From the NCBI GenBank assembly GCA_964234715.1, contig OZ174275.1: DNA of 64,000 nt. One strand, 5' to 3'. The DNA is from Podarcis melisellensis (taxonomy: Eukaryota). The notes below the pieces were generated by a model. The model worked only from the letters and a program-made list of their open reading frames with translations. It searched no databases and had not been told where the DNA came from. A program made the position numbers and the translations under genes. This document shows, one piece after another, positions 27,001 to 38,424 of the stretch. Position 1 is the stretch's first letter; each line of letters begins with the position of its first letter.

Positions 27001-30000
27001 TAAAGAGCTGGATATGGTATTGTAGAGCTATCATTGCCACACTGTGCCCCTCTCTATCACCCGTCGTGATTTTACTGCTTTCTGTAACATTTCAAGGAGA
27101 TACATGGCAAAAGCTGTAACTAGCCCTCCGCAGTGTAGCTACCACAACTGCATTTTTTAGTGTGACAGTAGATGCCCATGAAAAATATCCCCTTTCCCTA
27201 TCCCACCATACCTGGAGAAACTTTGGAAGCATTGTAATGTATTGTCTAAAAACAAATTTCTTGTTTAAGTAACAAAGGATATGTGCATATCCACAATGGC
27301 ACACATTTGGTTCAGGTATGGGGAACCTGACTTAAATACCGTATTGGCCAGCATATAAGCTACTCCCGAATATAAGCAGCACCTTTAATATTTGGGGGGG
27401 GGGGTGGAGAGGAAAAAAAAGACAATACCCGAATATAAGCCGCTCCCTTAAAATTCCGCAGGCACTCACACCCATTCCGTTTTATCGTATGTCTGTTTCA
27501 ACAGTGATATCGTAAAAGCCCATTTTTGTAAGGTCGCAAACTTAAGATGCACTTTAACTTTTCACGGTCGGAATTTGGGGGAAAAGGGAGGCTTATATTC
27601 AGGCCAATACGGTATGACTGTCGAAGCCTCCCTATCTGGCCAGGCAACACACCCTCCTGAGCCATACCCCTCACCAGCCCTGATTAGCACCCTTCTGAAG
27701 TGTCTTTTCCTGGATGAATGTGTCCTTGAACTCTGATAATGCTTCTTGCTTACCTGGGTGGAGGACAGAGGATGTGTGCATGCGAAAAAACTAGCCTACT
27801 GTACAAACGTAACATCCACATTTATTGCTCTGCCCACTTTCCCCTCTGGCCCCACTCATCATTAGTCTGGGGCCCCGGAAGGGAATGTGGCCCTCAGGCT
27901 GAAAACGTTTCCCACCCCAGTGCAGTTAGTTTTAAAATGTATCTGTGATTATAAATGCAGAATGTGACACCACGTACCTGCTCCTAAATTAAGAGTGTGA
28001 TACTCCTATGGGACTGAACAGCAAGGAGCCCTCATTCTGCCTATCATCAAGACAGCAAAATACATCTCTCTCTCTCTCTACATTATTGGCTCCATTTGAT
28101 GGCAATCAAACAACAACAAACACGTAGTTGTGTTACAGACCCAGTTTGGGATGGATTTGAGTGCTATACAAATGAAAATACACTTCCCAGCCCTAATTAA
28201 ATTAGCTCTACACCACTCTCTCCCCCCTTCCCCTATTCTAGCATCTAAAATAAATAAAAAAATCCAGAGGTTACAAAGAAACCAAAGTTCTGCAGTCAAG
28301 AAGGTACAGCAAGTAAGGAAATGTGTCTAGTTTAGCACAACTTCATAAAGTTTTTGAAGCTTTAGTGCTGCAGTGTGTGGGCTGCAGTGTATGAAGTCAA
28401 GATTAAGAAACATTACTTGCTATGTGATCTATCTGCACGGCTTATTTCCTATTTTGTAACTACCGTTCCCTCATGCATTGTACCCTTCTGGGATGTTCCA
28501 AGTCAAAACTGGACAGTGAAAGAAAATTTCTGACTACCATTATTTGTCCGAAAAAGGCAAACGTTATCTTCAAAGCTGGTATAAAAGTTACCTTTCAAAG
28601 AAAGCTGATTTCCAAAACATTATAAACTAGCAGAATTGGAGCAACCTGGACTCCCAGATGAGGCTCATGATAATGAAAAGTTGTACTTTACAGATAGGAC
28701 CAAGCCTGAATCCAAGAGTAGACTCTTTAAGTAGGCTGATTTTACATAGCTCATGATTTACCATGAACGTGGGAGATTTCTCCTGCTTTGTTTCCTCCCT
28801 CTGTAAGTGTGGGAGCAACAAAACACAATCCATGGCTTAGTATTATGTCTAAAGTGGGAGATCATAGTTTGGTTTGCTCAAACTTACTAGAATTGCTCAG
28901 TCTCAGGTTCATGTATCTACCATTTTTACTCTTCTCCTCCAATGCAACCATGAGAAGTTGGGAAGCAGTGTTTCTATTTTAAACTAATTGCAGTTTGTAA
29001 TTTTGTCCAAACTGTGGTTAGTTTAAACCAGCACTCCAGATTTTGTTGAACTCAAATCAGCTCTGACTACTGGTCATGGCTGGGGTTGATGGGAGTGGGA
29101 GTCTAACATCTGGAGTTACAAATGTTAGCCCCCCTGGTTTGAATTTCAGTTTGTCAAAACAAGTCAAGATCAAGTTGTGGTTTCTGATCCTGACTTGTTG
29201 GAACAAACCATAGTTAAAACAGCAGTCCCTGCTTTGGATGAAACACAGTTGGTTTAAAATGAAAGTGGATACTTCCAATTTCCTGCTTACAGCTTCATGT
29301 TCAATTGAGGAGGGGAGGGGAGGAGGAAGCAGGTTTGTGTATGGAATTCTAAACTATAATCTGTCTGAACCAGGTGAATGCCAAGAACTAAGTGATTGGT
29401 TTCATTTTGTCATGTATGAAATCATTTACCATGTTCAAAGAAAATTCTAATAGCTTCAAGGAGTAATGTGCTGGCAACTTAGGAGGAGAAAGTGTAATGT
29501 AACATTAGAAGTGAAAATTCAAAGTGACATGCTTTAGGGGAGTTGAAGCTGGTGCTTAGCAATGTCCTGACATTTAAAAACAACAACAACATTCCCTAAA
29601 CATACTTTCTCACAATTGCTTTAAAATGAAAACACAATGACAAGGTATTTAAGGAGCATCAAAGTAGATACATTTAGTGAATTCATTGGGGTTTATTTTC
29701 TAGTACGAATGGATATGATTACACAATTGATGTATAGAACACCTGCAATTCACAAATCAATCTTATGGGAAACTGCCTTATACCAAGTCTATTGAGCTCA
29801 GCATTGTTGACTAGACCAGATATTAACTGACTGTAAATATTAAAAATCAACTGAATGTGAAATAATGAAATGCCTGTATGGGGATGATGTGTATTCATTT
29901 TTGTTTCCTTACATCAAGGAACAGGACATATAGTAATATCTAGAAAGAAACAAAGTCTATTTTGCACAAGTCTCAGTGTTATTTCACACACGGGGAGAAA

Positions 30001-31124
30001 TTCAATGTTACGCTTTCCTTTCCTGACTGTTCCATCAGTGGAAGCATTTCTACATTTATCTACTATATATTTTGGAAAGTTCCTTGCATTTGGACATCTC
30101 TTCAGATATCATAACCAAATTTTGCATAACCATTTCTGATATCAAGGAGCAGGTTTTCGTCTATGTTTGGATATAACTGATGCCACTTTGAATCAGAATG
30201 GAAGACTGAATCTTTCAAAACTGCACTGATTTTAATTACTGATTTCAAAATTGTACTGATTTTGGGGGGCTTCTTAGAATTCCCAAGCAACCCTGGGTAC
30301 AAAGCTGCTATTTTTAGGTATGCAGGCAACTCTCAACTAACTCTGGGGTTATGTTCCGGGAATAGCGCCTAAAATCAAAATCATATATAGTCAAACACAC
30401 TGGCAGTTCCACCTGCCATTGAACCCAAAGTTTTTAATCTCAGATGCCCGCCCCCTTTCCATTTTCTTTTTAATTGGTAAATGAGTGAAGCTGAATGCAC
30501 ACTAGTTAAAAGCATGTAATTTGTGAGTTACCTGTATACCCAAATATGTAAGCAGCTCTTGCCAAGGGACAATTTAAACATTTGTCAAAGCACTAAATGC
30601 TTTAAAGTACAACCCAAAGGAGTGCAATGGTAAACAGGCAGAAGATCGCAGTTCCACCACATGTGTCCACTGAGTATTCCGGCATATTTAGAAACGTAAA
30701 TTCCAGCACATCACATTTTACTGTGTCATCATTCCAAAGCCCTTCAGAATACAAAATAAAACACTTGCAACTTTAGGGTCAGGCCTCCGTGGTGAAAGCA
30801 CACCGGATGGTTTTAGGTGTATGCTTCCCATTTCTCAATACTCCCCCCTCCCCCCTAAAGAAAGAACCACCACCCACTTAAGATACCAACAAGTCAGTCC
30901 CCACTAGGCTTCAGCAGAGATACTCACCTATACTGCCAGCTTTTGGTAGTGCTTCCTCCTCTGCTACTGCTGATCCCACCACTGCTGATGCCACTACTAC
31001 TGCTGCTCTTGCTTGTGCAGTTCTGGGCTGGGATCAAAATCTCCAGCTTGCCTTCACTTTCAGACACTTTCATCGCTGTCGGTGGCGCTGCCGGAGCCGT
31101 AGACACAGGCTCCCCACTTTGCAT
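863..31124 (-). CDS. OSBPL11: Oxysterol-binding protein-related protein 11, coding exons 1-7 (PH domain and linker); gene continues beyond the left edge
   Basis: Exons 30928-31124, 11296-11364, 7581-7756, 6103-6182, 4645-4824, 2176-2377 and 863-1008 join in one frame with GT-AG boundaries. The translation MQSGEPVST...[11 protein letters not shown]...[29 protein letters not shown]...[15 protein letters not shown]...[23 protein letters not shown] is recognisable as OSBPL11. Confidence 0.96.
1925..2010 (+). mobile_element. Degenerate 5S rRNA-derived SINE head
   Basis: GAAACTAAGCAGGTCTGGCTGGTGCCTGGATGTCGACC resembles the 5S internal promoter region GAAGCTAAGCAGGGTC...CTTGGATGGGAGACC. Confidence 0.4.
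2176..2377 (-). CDS. OSBPL11: OSBPL11 coding exon 6 (202 nt, [12 protein letters not shown]...KGSLPT)
   Basis: Acceptor gctag|ATG, donor G|gtgagt; ORF 2132..2377. Confidence 0.95.
4645..4824 (-). CDS. OSBPL11: OSBPL11 coding exon 5 (180 nt, [14 protein letters not shown]...DVRE)
   Basis: Acceptor accag|AAC, donor GAG|gttagt; ORF 4603..4839. Confidence 0.93.
5113..5544. mobile_element. Non-autonomous Tc1/mariner (Tc2/pogo-like) MITE
   Basis: TA|CCGTATTTTTCGCTC ... GAGCGAAAAATACGG|TA terminal inverted repeats with TA TSD. Confidence 0.85.
6103..6182 (-). CDS. OSBPL11: OSBPL11 coding exon 4 (80 nt, [27 protein letters not shown]; PH C-terminal helix)
   Basis: Poly-T tract then ccag|CT, donor AAG|gtactg. 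Confidence 0.95.
7581..7756 (-). CDS. OSBPL11: OSBPL11 coding exon 3 (176 nt, [18 protein letters not shown]...GEQYKLR; PH domain)
   Basis: Acceptor tacag|G, donor G|gtaaga; translated by hand. Confidence 0.95.
8330..9800 (+). mobile_element. Fragmented L2-clade LINE (endonuclease remnants ~8340-8700; RT and 3' remnants ~9280-9800)
   Basis: Degenerate peptides [16 protein letters not shown] and [14 protein letters not shown] resemble L2 ORF2 motifs. Confidence 0.6.
11296..11364 (-). CDS. OSBPL11: OSBPL11 coding exon 2 (69 nt, [22 protein letters not shown]; PH start)
   Basis: Acceptor tcacag|T, donor CG|gtaagt. Confidence 0.95.
12120..12474 (-). mobile_element. Sauria SINE, near full length
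   Basis: (ACCTTT)n tail read as aaggtaaaggtaaaggt; body gggacccctgaccattaggtccagtcg...; B-box GGTTCGAATCC in the head. Confidence 0.9.
14640..14800 (+). mobile_element. L2 LINE ORF2 C-terminal fragment
   Basis: Degenerate [12 protein letters not shown]...LIWKLQLI motif. Confidence 0.55.
15027..15054. repeat. (GT)n microsatellite
   Basis: Direct reading. Confidence 0.95.
17560..18324 (-). mobile_element. Solo-LTR-like element (~765 bp, CpG-rich, densely structured)
   Basis: The - strand begins TTTCCGACCC (likely TGT-derived) and ends GGGGTTTTGACA. TATTTTAA ~18169-18162; AATAAA at 17641-17636 followed by a GU-rich tract. No clean TSD. Confidence 0.65.
19405..19640 (+). mobile_element. tRNA-derived CORE-type (Squam3/MIR-like) SINE with (AACT)n tail
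   Basis: B-box GGTTCAAATCCC, core gtgaccttaggccagt...ggttgttgtgagg, simple-repeat tail. Confidence 0.7.
20958..21018. repeat. (GA)n(GACA)n compound microsatellite
   Basis: Direct reading. Confidence 0.95.
22600..23130 (+). mobile_element. CR1 LINE 3' ORF2 fragment
   Basis: Degenerate CR1 terminal coding (ctaggcatcattagg...tataaatctatggtg...gggctttttagttta...aggttccggacag...tggaattc). Confidence 0.7.
24049..24197 (+). mobile_element. tRNA-Lys-derived short SINE with CR1 3' tail
   Basis: AGCTCAGTCGGTACAGCATGAGACACTTAATCT head followed by GGGGGTTGGACTAGATGACC...ATTCTATGATTCTA tail. Confidence 0.8.
27339..27612. mobile_element. Tc2/pogo-like MITE nested in an older hAT-like element (~27313-27919)
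   Basis: TA|CCGTATTGGCC ... GGCCAATACGG|TA; the flanks resemble CAGGTATGGGGAAC / TTCCCACCCC ends. Confidence 0.75.
30325..30534. mobile_element. Degenerate Tigger-like MITE
   Basis: CAGGCAACTC ... GAGTTACCTG|TA imperfect TIRs. Confidence 0.4.
30928..31124 (-). CDS. OSBPL11: OSBPL11 first coding exon (197 nt [12 protein letters not shown]...KSWQY)
   Basis: Kozak cccaccATGc at 31124, donor AG|gtgagt; Ser/Gly-rich N-terminus. Confidence 0.93.
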
Positions 31125-31449
31125 GGTGGGGCCTGTCGGGCCCCTGCCCACCCAAGGGTGGGAGAGTGCAACAAGCCAAGTCAACAAGGGCTCGGGGAAA
31201 ACTTTTTTTATCAAGGCTGTCAAGTATCCTTAGAAAAAAACGAGGGGTCACTCTGGAGTAGAACTTTTGTGAATGGGGCCAAATGTGGGCCAGAGATGGA
31301 GCAAGTCTATGGAAATAAGCTCGAATGACAGCTTTGAAGGGGGCACAGGGAGAATATGGAGGGGGAAAGAGCCAGGTCTGGGGAAAAGGCCAGGGATCCA
31401 ACAGAAGAGTTTCCTGAACACTCAGAGAATGAATCGGGAGCAGGGCAGC

Positions 31450-31960
31450 CAGCTGCGTTGGCAACGTCCAGGCACTCGCTCCCTAGGCGTGTTTAAACCG
31501 GGGGAGCAGCTCCGCGCACCTCAGTATCCCATGGGAGCGCAGAAGTGGGGTGGTAGGGAGACAGCGGGAAATTCCTCAATTGTTCAGAGAGGCGGGATGC
31601 TGGCGCCGAAAGGAGGGCGGCCGCCTGGGGTTTGTACCTCCTTCCCCCAGAGGCTGCCTGCCTGCCTGCCTGCCTGGGGCTGGTCTCTCACCATGAACCG
31701 CAAACGCCCCTCCTGCAGCCCCCTCCCTCACTCGGCCAGGCTCCGTCTTCCAGGGTTGGCGGCGGCGGCTCGCAGCCCACACGAACCGAGGGCAGCAGCA
31801 GCAGCAGCAGTGGCGGAGCCGCTCCCACCCCTTCCGGGTCAGGCTTAGCCGCTCCCCGCCGCCTTCGTCCCTGTTTCTCCGCCCCGTGAAGGCCGAGGGC
31901 GGGCGTGAGCGCTGGCGGCGCCATCTTTGTTAAGGGAAACGGGGGCGGGATGCCCTGACA
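31450..31960 (-). promoter_or_regulatory. CpG-island promoter of OSBPL11 with YY1 motif (CGCCATCTT 31919-31927), GC boxes, ETS core (CTTCCGG ~31831) and a short (CAG)6 tract
   Basis: High GC/CpG content directly upstream of the first coding exon; motifs read from the sequence. Confidence 0.8.
31692..31940 (-). other. OSBPL11: Putative upstream 5' UTR exon of OSBPL11 (intron 31229-31691)
   Basis: Donor ATG|gtgaga at 31691; acceptor tgacccctcgtttttttctaag|G at 31229; lies within the CpG island. The transcription start is approximate. Confidence 0.55.
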
Positions 31961-32668
31961 TAGGAAGGAGGAGCTGGCAGTAATAATAACAATAATTAAT
32001 AAATAATAACGAACAATGATAATAATACCTGCCTAAAACACCAGAAGGCTAACATAAAGGGCCTTTAAATCAAACATTGTTTGTTTGTTTGTTGTCCTCT
32101 TATTTCTGAGGAAGAAACCGAACTTGGAGCAAGGGTGTGACTCAGCTGCACGCCAACGCGCCCTCTGAGTCCACGTCTGGGTGTATGGAGATCTATCTAT
32201 TTTCACACAGCCTCTTATATTTTAGTTCTCGTCTGCTCCGTATTGTTCACGACGTTCTTTGCAGCCCCAGCAGCTCCAGTCTGCTGCAGCAAAATGAAAA
32301 ACAAAGGGCTTGTGACCACTTTTTAGCCCGAACCAGACTAAACCCGTTGAAATTAATGGGCATGGCTAACTTAAGTTCATTCATTTAAATAGCGTGCTCT
32401 AACTTAGCTGGCTGCAACCCAATGGATTTTGTGGCATCTAAAAAGGCTAGCCAATTGTGACGTATAAGACTTTTTGGACCAGAACATGCTTGATTGAAGC
32501 TAAACTTATATTTTAAAAAGCCAAATTATTCTGTTCTTTTCAGCTAAAGATAAAGCCAATTTAAATATGAAAACAAGTGTAGAAGAGCCTATTGATATTT
32601 TCTGGGCCCATAGAGTTGGTGGAAGTTGTCTGAGCCACCTGGAAGGTACCACCAGTGTCTACACTCTT

Positions 32669-33115
32669 GTTGTTGTTTAGTCATGTCTGACTCTTCGTGA
32701 CCCCATGGACCAGAGCACGCCAGGCACCCCTGTCTTCCACTGTCTCCCGCAGTTTGGTCAAACACATGTTGGTAGCTTCGAGAACACTGTCCAACCATCT
32801 CGTCCTCTGACGTCCCCTTCTCCTTGTGCCCTCAATATTTCCCAACATCAGGGTCTTTTCCAGAGAGTCGAGTCTTCTCATGTGGTGGCCAAAGTATTGA
32901 AGCCTCAGCTTCAGGATCTGTCCTTCCAGTGAGCACTCAGGGCTGATTTCCTTAAGAATGTTTGATGTTCTTGCAGTCCATGGGACTCTCAAGAGTCTTC
33001 TCCAGCACCATAATTCAAAAGCATCAATTATTTGATGATCATCCTTCTTTACGGTCCAGCTCTCACTTCCATACATCACTACTGGAAAAACCAAAACTTT
33101 AACTATACGGACCTT
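32669..33115 (-). mobile_element. 5'-truncated BovB (RTE) LINE
   Basis: ORF 32681..33094 VFPVVMYGSESWTVKK...WRALVHGVTKS; (CAA)n tail; 13-bp TSD TGTCTACACTCTT (32656-32668 / 33116-33128). Confidence 0.93.
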
Positions 33116-34514
33116 TGTCTACACTCTTATATTGCCCCAAAAGTTTAGCCATTCCTATATGCTACTCAGTAAGACAAAGCCATGGATCTTGCTGCCTTGG
33201 GATCCTACCTGTGCTGCAAAAACACAGTGGACAGTCACAGATGGAGAAGTATTCCTCATTCATCCCTGTGTGACACTGCATGGCTTTTCATTACGCACAA
33301 TGCCTGCTATACTTGATGAAATAGGTTGTTCCCTATGAGATCTAAACCAACTGAGACTGCTATACTAAACATACTCCCTAGAGCGTAAGCCTGTTTATAG
33401 ACAATGGAGCTTACTTCCTAGTAAAATGCACACAGTTGTGCTGTTAGTCTCTGTGATGTCCTAGTATAGGAGTGGAGAACCTATAGGCATTCAGGCATTA
33501 TTGCATTTCAGTTTCCTATCAGCCCCAGTCCAGGTTGTCAATAATAAGGGATTCTGGGAGCTGAATGCATCTGTATCCAACACCTGGAAGGTCACAGGTT
33601 CCCTACCCTGCATTTAGTGATTTTCCTCCTATAAAAATATGCATATTTTTGGCTTGCAATACACTAGAAATAAAGGCTCTTTCACAAGGCAGCAATTGAA
33701 AAGTCCTGGCTGGATACCGACAGTTTCCATTGTGAGCATGACAGCTGCTTTCCATATGATGGTTGTTAACATTCTTTGCCTTTCAGGTTTCAAATATTAT
33801 ATATGTGCAATATATAATATTGATGTACATAATATAATATAATATACAGTATACTAGATTGGCTAACAGATTCTAATAGACAAGGCATTAGAAAACCTTT
33901 AACTTTTAATATAAAAAGTGAAATAACTACCTGTAATTATATGTTCATGTAAGGGCTTCTTGATTACAAAAATTAAGTTATTTATTTGCATATGCATAGT
34001 AGTATGTGTCTTCCCTAACAGACTACTTTCAAATCTTCCAGCAATAGGTGCGGTCTGTTCTTTAATAGTTCCCCAGCATTAATATTTAGGCAAACACAAT
34101 AACATAAAATGAATCAAGTCTTACACCTGAAGCACACTAAAACCAAAAGAGAATTGTAGATTGATTTTATTTAGCTGCTGTTTCCCTCTAGTGACCAAAC
34201 TAAATACTACATGTGAAAGAAGAGAAGCCAGTACAATGTCAAACACCTGTTTTTTAATGGTGATGATGAAACGTCTTTTTTATCTTAAGTTTTACCAAAT
34301 CATGACACACAAAATTCACATAATTCTCACATTAAGAGATAGGTGAACCACCACACCTCTACCATATGATGTGACAGGTTACATGTTTCAAGCGGAGGAT
34401 GTGGCTGGGTTGCAAAGTATTGATTTACATGACACTTGATACTAGTTGGTTAACATAGTTTATGCCCTGAAATGCTGCAGCCAAAGGGATTGTTCAGCTG
34501 TTGGGAGACCCATT

Positions 34515-34661
34515 CAGTGGCGTAGCGTGGGTTGTCAGCACCCGGGGCAAGGCAAGTAATTTGCACCCCCTACCCGTGGATTTGCACACCCTAACCCTAA
34601 CCCCCAGATGTTGCGCCCGGTGCGGCCGGCCCCCCCCTGCACCCCCCACGCTACGCCACTG
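34515..34661. mobile_element. hAT-type MITE, copy 1
   Basis: 17-bp TIR CAGTGGCGTAGCGTGGG; perfect 8-bp TSD GACCCATT. Confidence 0.92.
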
Positions 34662-36359
34662 GACCCATTAAAGGGTTTTCATTAGTGCTCCTGCTTTCTA
34701 TTCACATAGGAAACATAAAAAACCTCTTTCCAGCACAGCTGGGCGCTCGAACTTTGGCAGAGAATTATGTTTTTAATATCTTCTACCACACACAAGATGA
34801 ATAAGATCAGGCCATCTTGGATGACATGTGAAGCCAGTCTTATAATAGGTTCAGTCAACTTTGCCCTATCATCATTCAGGGAGTGCATTCAGTTGCATGC
34901 ACCCCCTCCCCTTATTATTCATTCACAACACTTTATAATCCAGGGAAACATAAAAATACATTGAAAATACTGACCTTAACTGAATGGTTAGTGGCCACAA
35001 ATATTCAGCTCCCTCCATGGCTCCTGGTGTTCTACAGTACATAGTAATATCTACTAGATGGATTCTGATTTTCTTGATCACTGGAAAACCAAGCGTATAT
35101 GCTGGTCCTGATTATGTACAGGTCATACTTGCAATCTTTCTCTTTAAAATGTATGTTAGTAATTTGTATCAGGTAATCAATTCAGGTTTATTCCGAATGG
35201 GTTCGCTGAAGCTTTAAACAAACAGCAGACAGCTGGGTGCCTCAAACAAACGACATGTAGCTTTGAAAGTGTAGGTAGCAAACTTAACACACCCACAAAA
35301 GTCAACAGCTCACATGCCTAATGTGAACAAAAGCAACCTGTTTGTGCTTCAAAGAGCCTAAAATATGTTCCCCTGACAACCATCAAGCTATCTGAGGGGT
35401 GAAATCACATATTTATTAATGCAGCTCAAGCATGCATGACTTTTGCCTCAAAGGAATAGGGGAAGGGAATGGCCCAGTTTCGGCTAGAGGCGTGCTGTCA
35501 GAAGGAGCAGAATAAAGGACTAATTATACTGGGGTTGGGGTGCTAACTATCTGTTCAGAACAAAGCCAATTTAAAGTACCTAAGGATATAGCATAGGAAC
35601 ACAGAAAGTTGCCCTAAGTAAAACCATCAGTCTGCTTATTTCAGTCTTGTCCATGCTGGCTGGCTCTCCAGAGTGCCACACAGCAGTCTCTCTCAGGGCA
35701 CCTACCTGGGGGCACCAAAGACTGAACCTGGGACCCTTTGTATACAAAACATGTGCTCAGTCACTGAGCTTCAGCCCTTCCCCAAACTCTGACCCATATA
35801 TCATCATTTCTCTTCTGTTCTTTGTTGCTGACCAGACTGCATCCCTGTTCTCCCTTTCCTACAGCTTCCCTCAATCCTGCTTCCCTGGTTTCTACCGCTA
35901 AAAGAGTTTGAAGGATTTGCATTATTAACCTTATCATGCTGTCTCAGCCTTTGGATTAATGGATCTCTGGGTATTTATCAGAAATACTTGAGATTGAGGG
36001 AAAACTTGGAGATGAATTGGGATCAATTCCACTGAACTTAAATCTGTGCAATCAGTTCACGGCACCAGTGACTCACTTCAGACCTTTATGAGGCTGGCCT
36101 TCATGTGGTGACAAGAAAGCTATGCGCTTCTGGCATGACCATGTTCAATGTAGCATTTGCTCCTGTAAAAGAACAGTAAGGAGGGAGGTCATATTCCCAT
36201 CTGATGCTAAGATAAAAGCTGCAGCATCACACCTTTAGTCCTGCTTTTCAACATATTTAGAAAGTACTTCTATATCCATTGTGTTGCTTGAGGTCACCTT
36301 TATACTTTAAGTAGGGTTAGCTTAGCAAGCATGTATTTACAACCAGAGAGGCTACAAGA

Positions 36360-36362
36360 GAG

Positions 36363-36417
<55 letters not shown>

Positions 36418-36419
36418 AA
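36360..36419. repeat. (GAAA)n microsatellite
   Basis: Direct reading. Confidence 0.95.
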
Positions 36420-38383
36420 TAATCTTGTTTCATCAACCACACCATTTTCTTCAGCTTTGATACTTCAATTCCCTCTTGGACTATTTGTATCTTAACACAA
36501 TTATATTAATAGCTGCATCAAATGTGCTGAGTTAATTTTGCTTTCTCAGTCATGGGACTTTACTTCCTAAAAGCTACATTACCATTACTTCTACTGGGTT
36601 TTTTTGTGCTTCAGTTCCTATGGCAACATGGCAATCTCTGCATCTGCACATGCCACCCACTCTCGCTTAAATTGTGTTTCCCTTGGCTTAATTGTGGTCC
36701 TGATACTCCAGTTTTATGGATTAGCTCATGACTGCAGGGGAAGAGCAATCTTTGCCTGGCAAAAGGGGTAAAGCTGTGTTTCCCTGGAGCTAGGGATCTG
36801 TGAGGCAGGACTGGTAGTTCTGGATCAGGGCTGGGCTGGGGTCTAGATCTGATAAAACAACATACATTGCCCACCTACCCACTCCAAACTAGGATTCTTT
36901 ATGCCACATGAAACACTATTGGCATTGTAAATCCTAGCAGAAGCCTGGCTTGAGTTAATATATGGCTTGTGTGCACACCGTATATTTAAAGCACATGTTC
37001 AATGGTGCTTGCTCATAGGTGAATGGGATCAGTTTTCTGCTTCTCCAGTGTGACCTATTCTTTCTGTTTTGTAATAATAGACCCTGAACTAACAGACCCA
37101 GAGATTACTTTATGGCATCTATACTCCAGCCTTAGTCAAGAAGGCTCTCAGAGCAAGTACAGGCATTGTGCACTCTGTATATCATCACCACATTCACTCA
37201 TTAGCACCACATCCACTCATTCTTAATTAATCAATGAATCAAAGTTCAGTAGCCATAAAACAGATGTTTGTTTTGTGGTCCAGATAGTGATTGGGGAATA
37301 TGCTAATACTGAATATATTGGTCTTAAAATTTATATTTCCTTTAATCATAAAATGTGACAGTTTTCTCAGAATGTTTAAGTTGAATTCAAATTTAAAAAC
37401 CTATTAATTCATATTTAATACATGTGGGTCCTTCCAGACATTGTTTGCTCAGAAATGGTACAAGAACACAGCCCAAAGAAGAAAAATGTTCTGCATTAGC
37501 TGGTGCCTATTAGGAGTGGTAATGCAGAAACAGCACTGGATTTAGGCTAGTGTGAGCGGTTCCCCCCCACAGGCCCTGAGCAGAGGGGGTGCAAAATCGA
37601 GAAGACCCATTTGGGGATGCCAAATTTTGGTCTTGCACAGAACGCCATATTATAAAAGATTAGCAAAGCCTGCCCCTGGGCTGAAAGGAGCCAACACACT
37701 CTAGTTTTGTCCTTTTCCCTGTTGAGTGCCATGAAGGCAACACTGAGGAAGAAGAGGGAGCTATTAGCCCGTGCCAGAACCTGGACTGGTTATAAGAAAG
37801 AAGACAGGTAGGTGGGGAGGGGGTCTGGCAGAACCTGTGGAAGTTGGTCCATTAGGGCAAATGGGACACTGCCCCACCAAGCTCAGCCTGCCCCACAGCA
37901 GCTGCCAGCCTTTTTTCTTCCAATCAATCAGTCCAGGGGGTGACACTGGCAGTCAGCTTCCTTAGTCTCAGTGTTATCCTTCTTGAGCTCACCAGGGAGG
38001 AGGATAGGTTGGCTTCTGCCTGACCTTGGCTCTGGCTCCCCCTACCGTTGGCCTCCCTGCCTTCTGCCCAACGAGCACCAGCCACCACTGAGGTTGGTGG
38101 GGCCGGGCTCGTTTGCCCCAATGGCTGACCCAGCAGGAAGAGAGCTACTTCTCCCTTCCAACGCCAGCCGGCTGGGCTCCCTGACCCCGATCTTCTCTGA
38201 CTGGTCTTTAGGGGCTGACCTCCTTCCACCGCGGGCTGGATCCCGGCAGACAAGGCGGCGCATGCAGGCCGGGGTGTGTCAAGCGTCCTTCCCAGCCTCC
38301 GGGATACTTAAAGCGGACGAGCGCCGAACTTGACGCCGCCGGGCGCGAAGGGACCCAGAGACGACGTGGGGAGCCCAGACACC

Positions 38384-38424
38384 ATGTCTGCGCTCAGAGT
38401 CTGCATTATCGGTTCCGGGAACTG
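38384..38424 (+). CDS. GPD1L2: GPD1-family exon 1 ([14 protein letters not shown])
   Basis: Kozak gacaccATGt, donor TG|gtgagt. Confidence 0.93.

Noticed and set aside
31273-31889. 191-aa and other + strand ORFs at the OSBPL11 promoter
   Set aside because: Stop-poor CpG-island sequence, low complexity, antisense to the gene.
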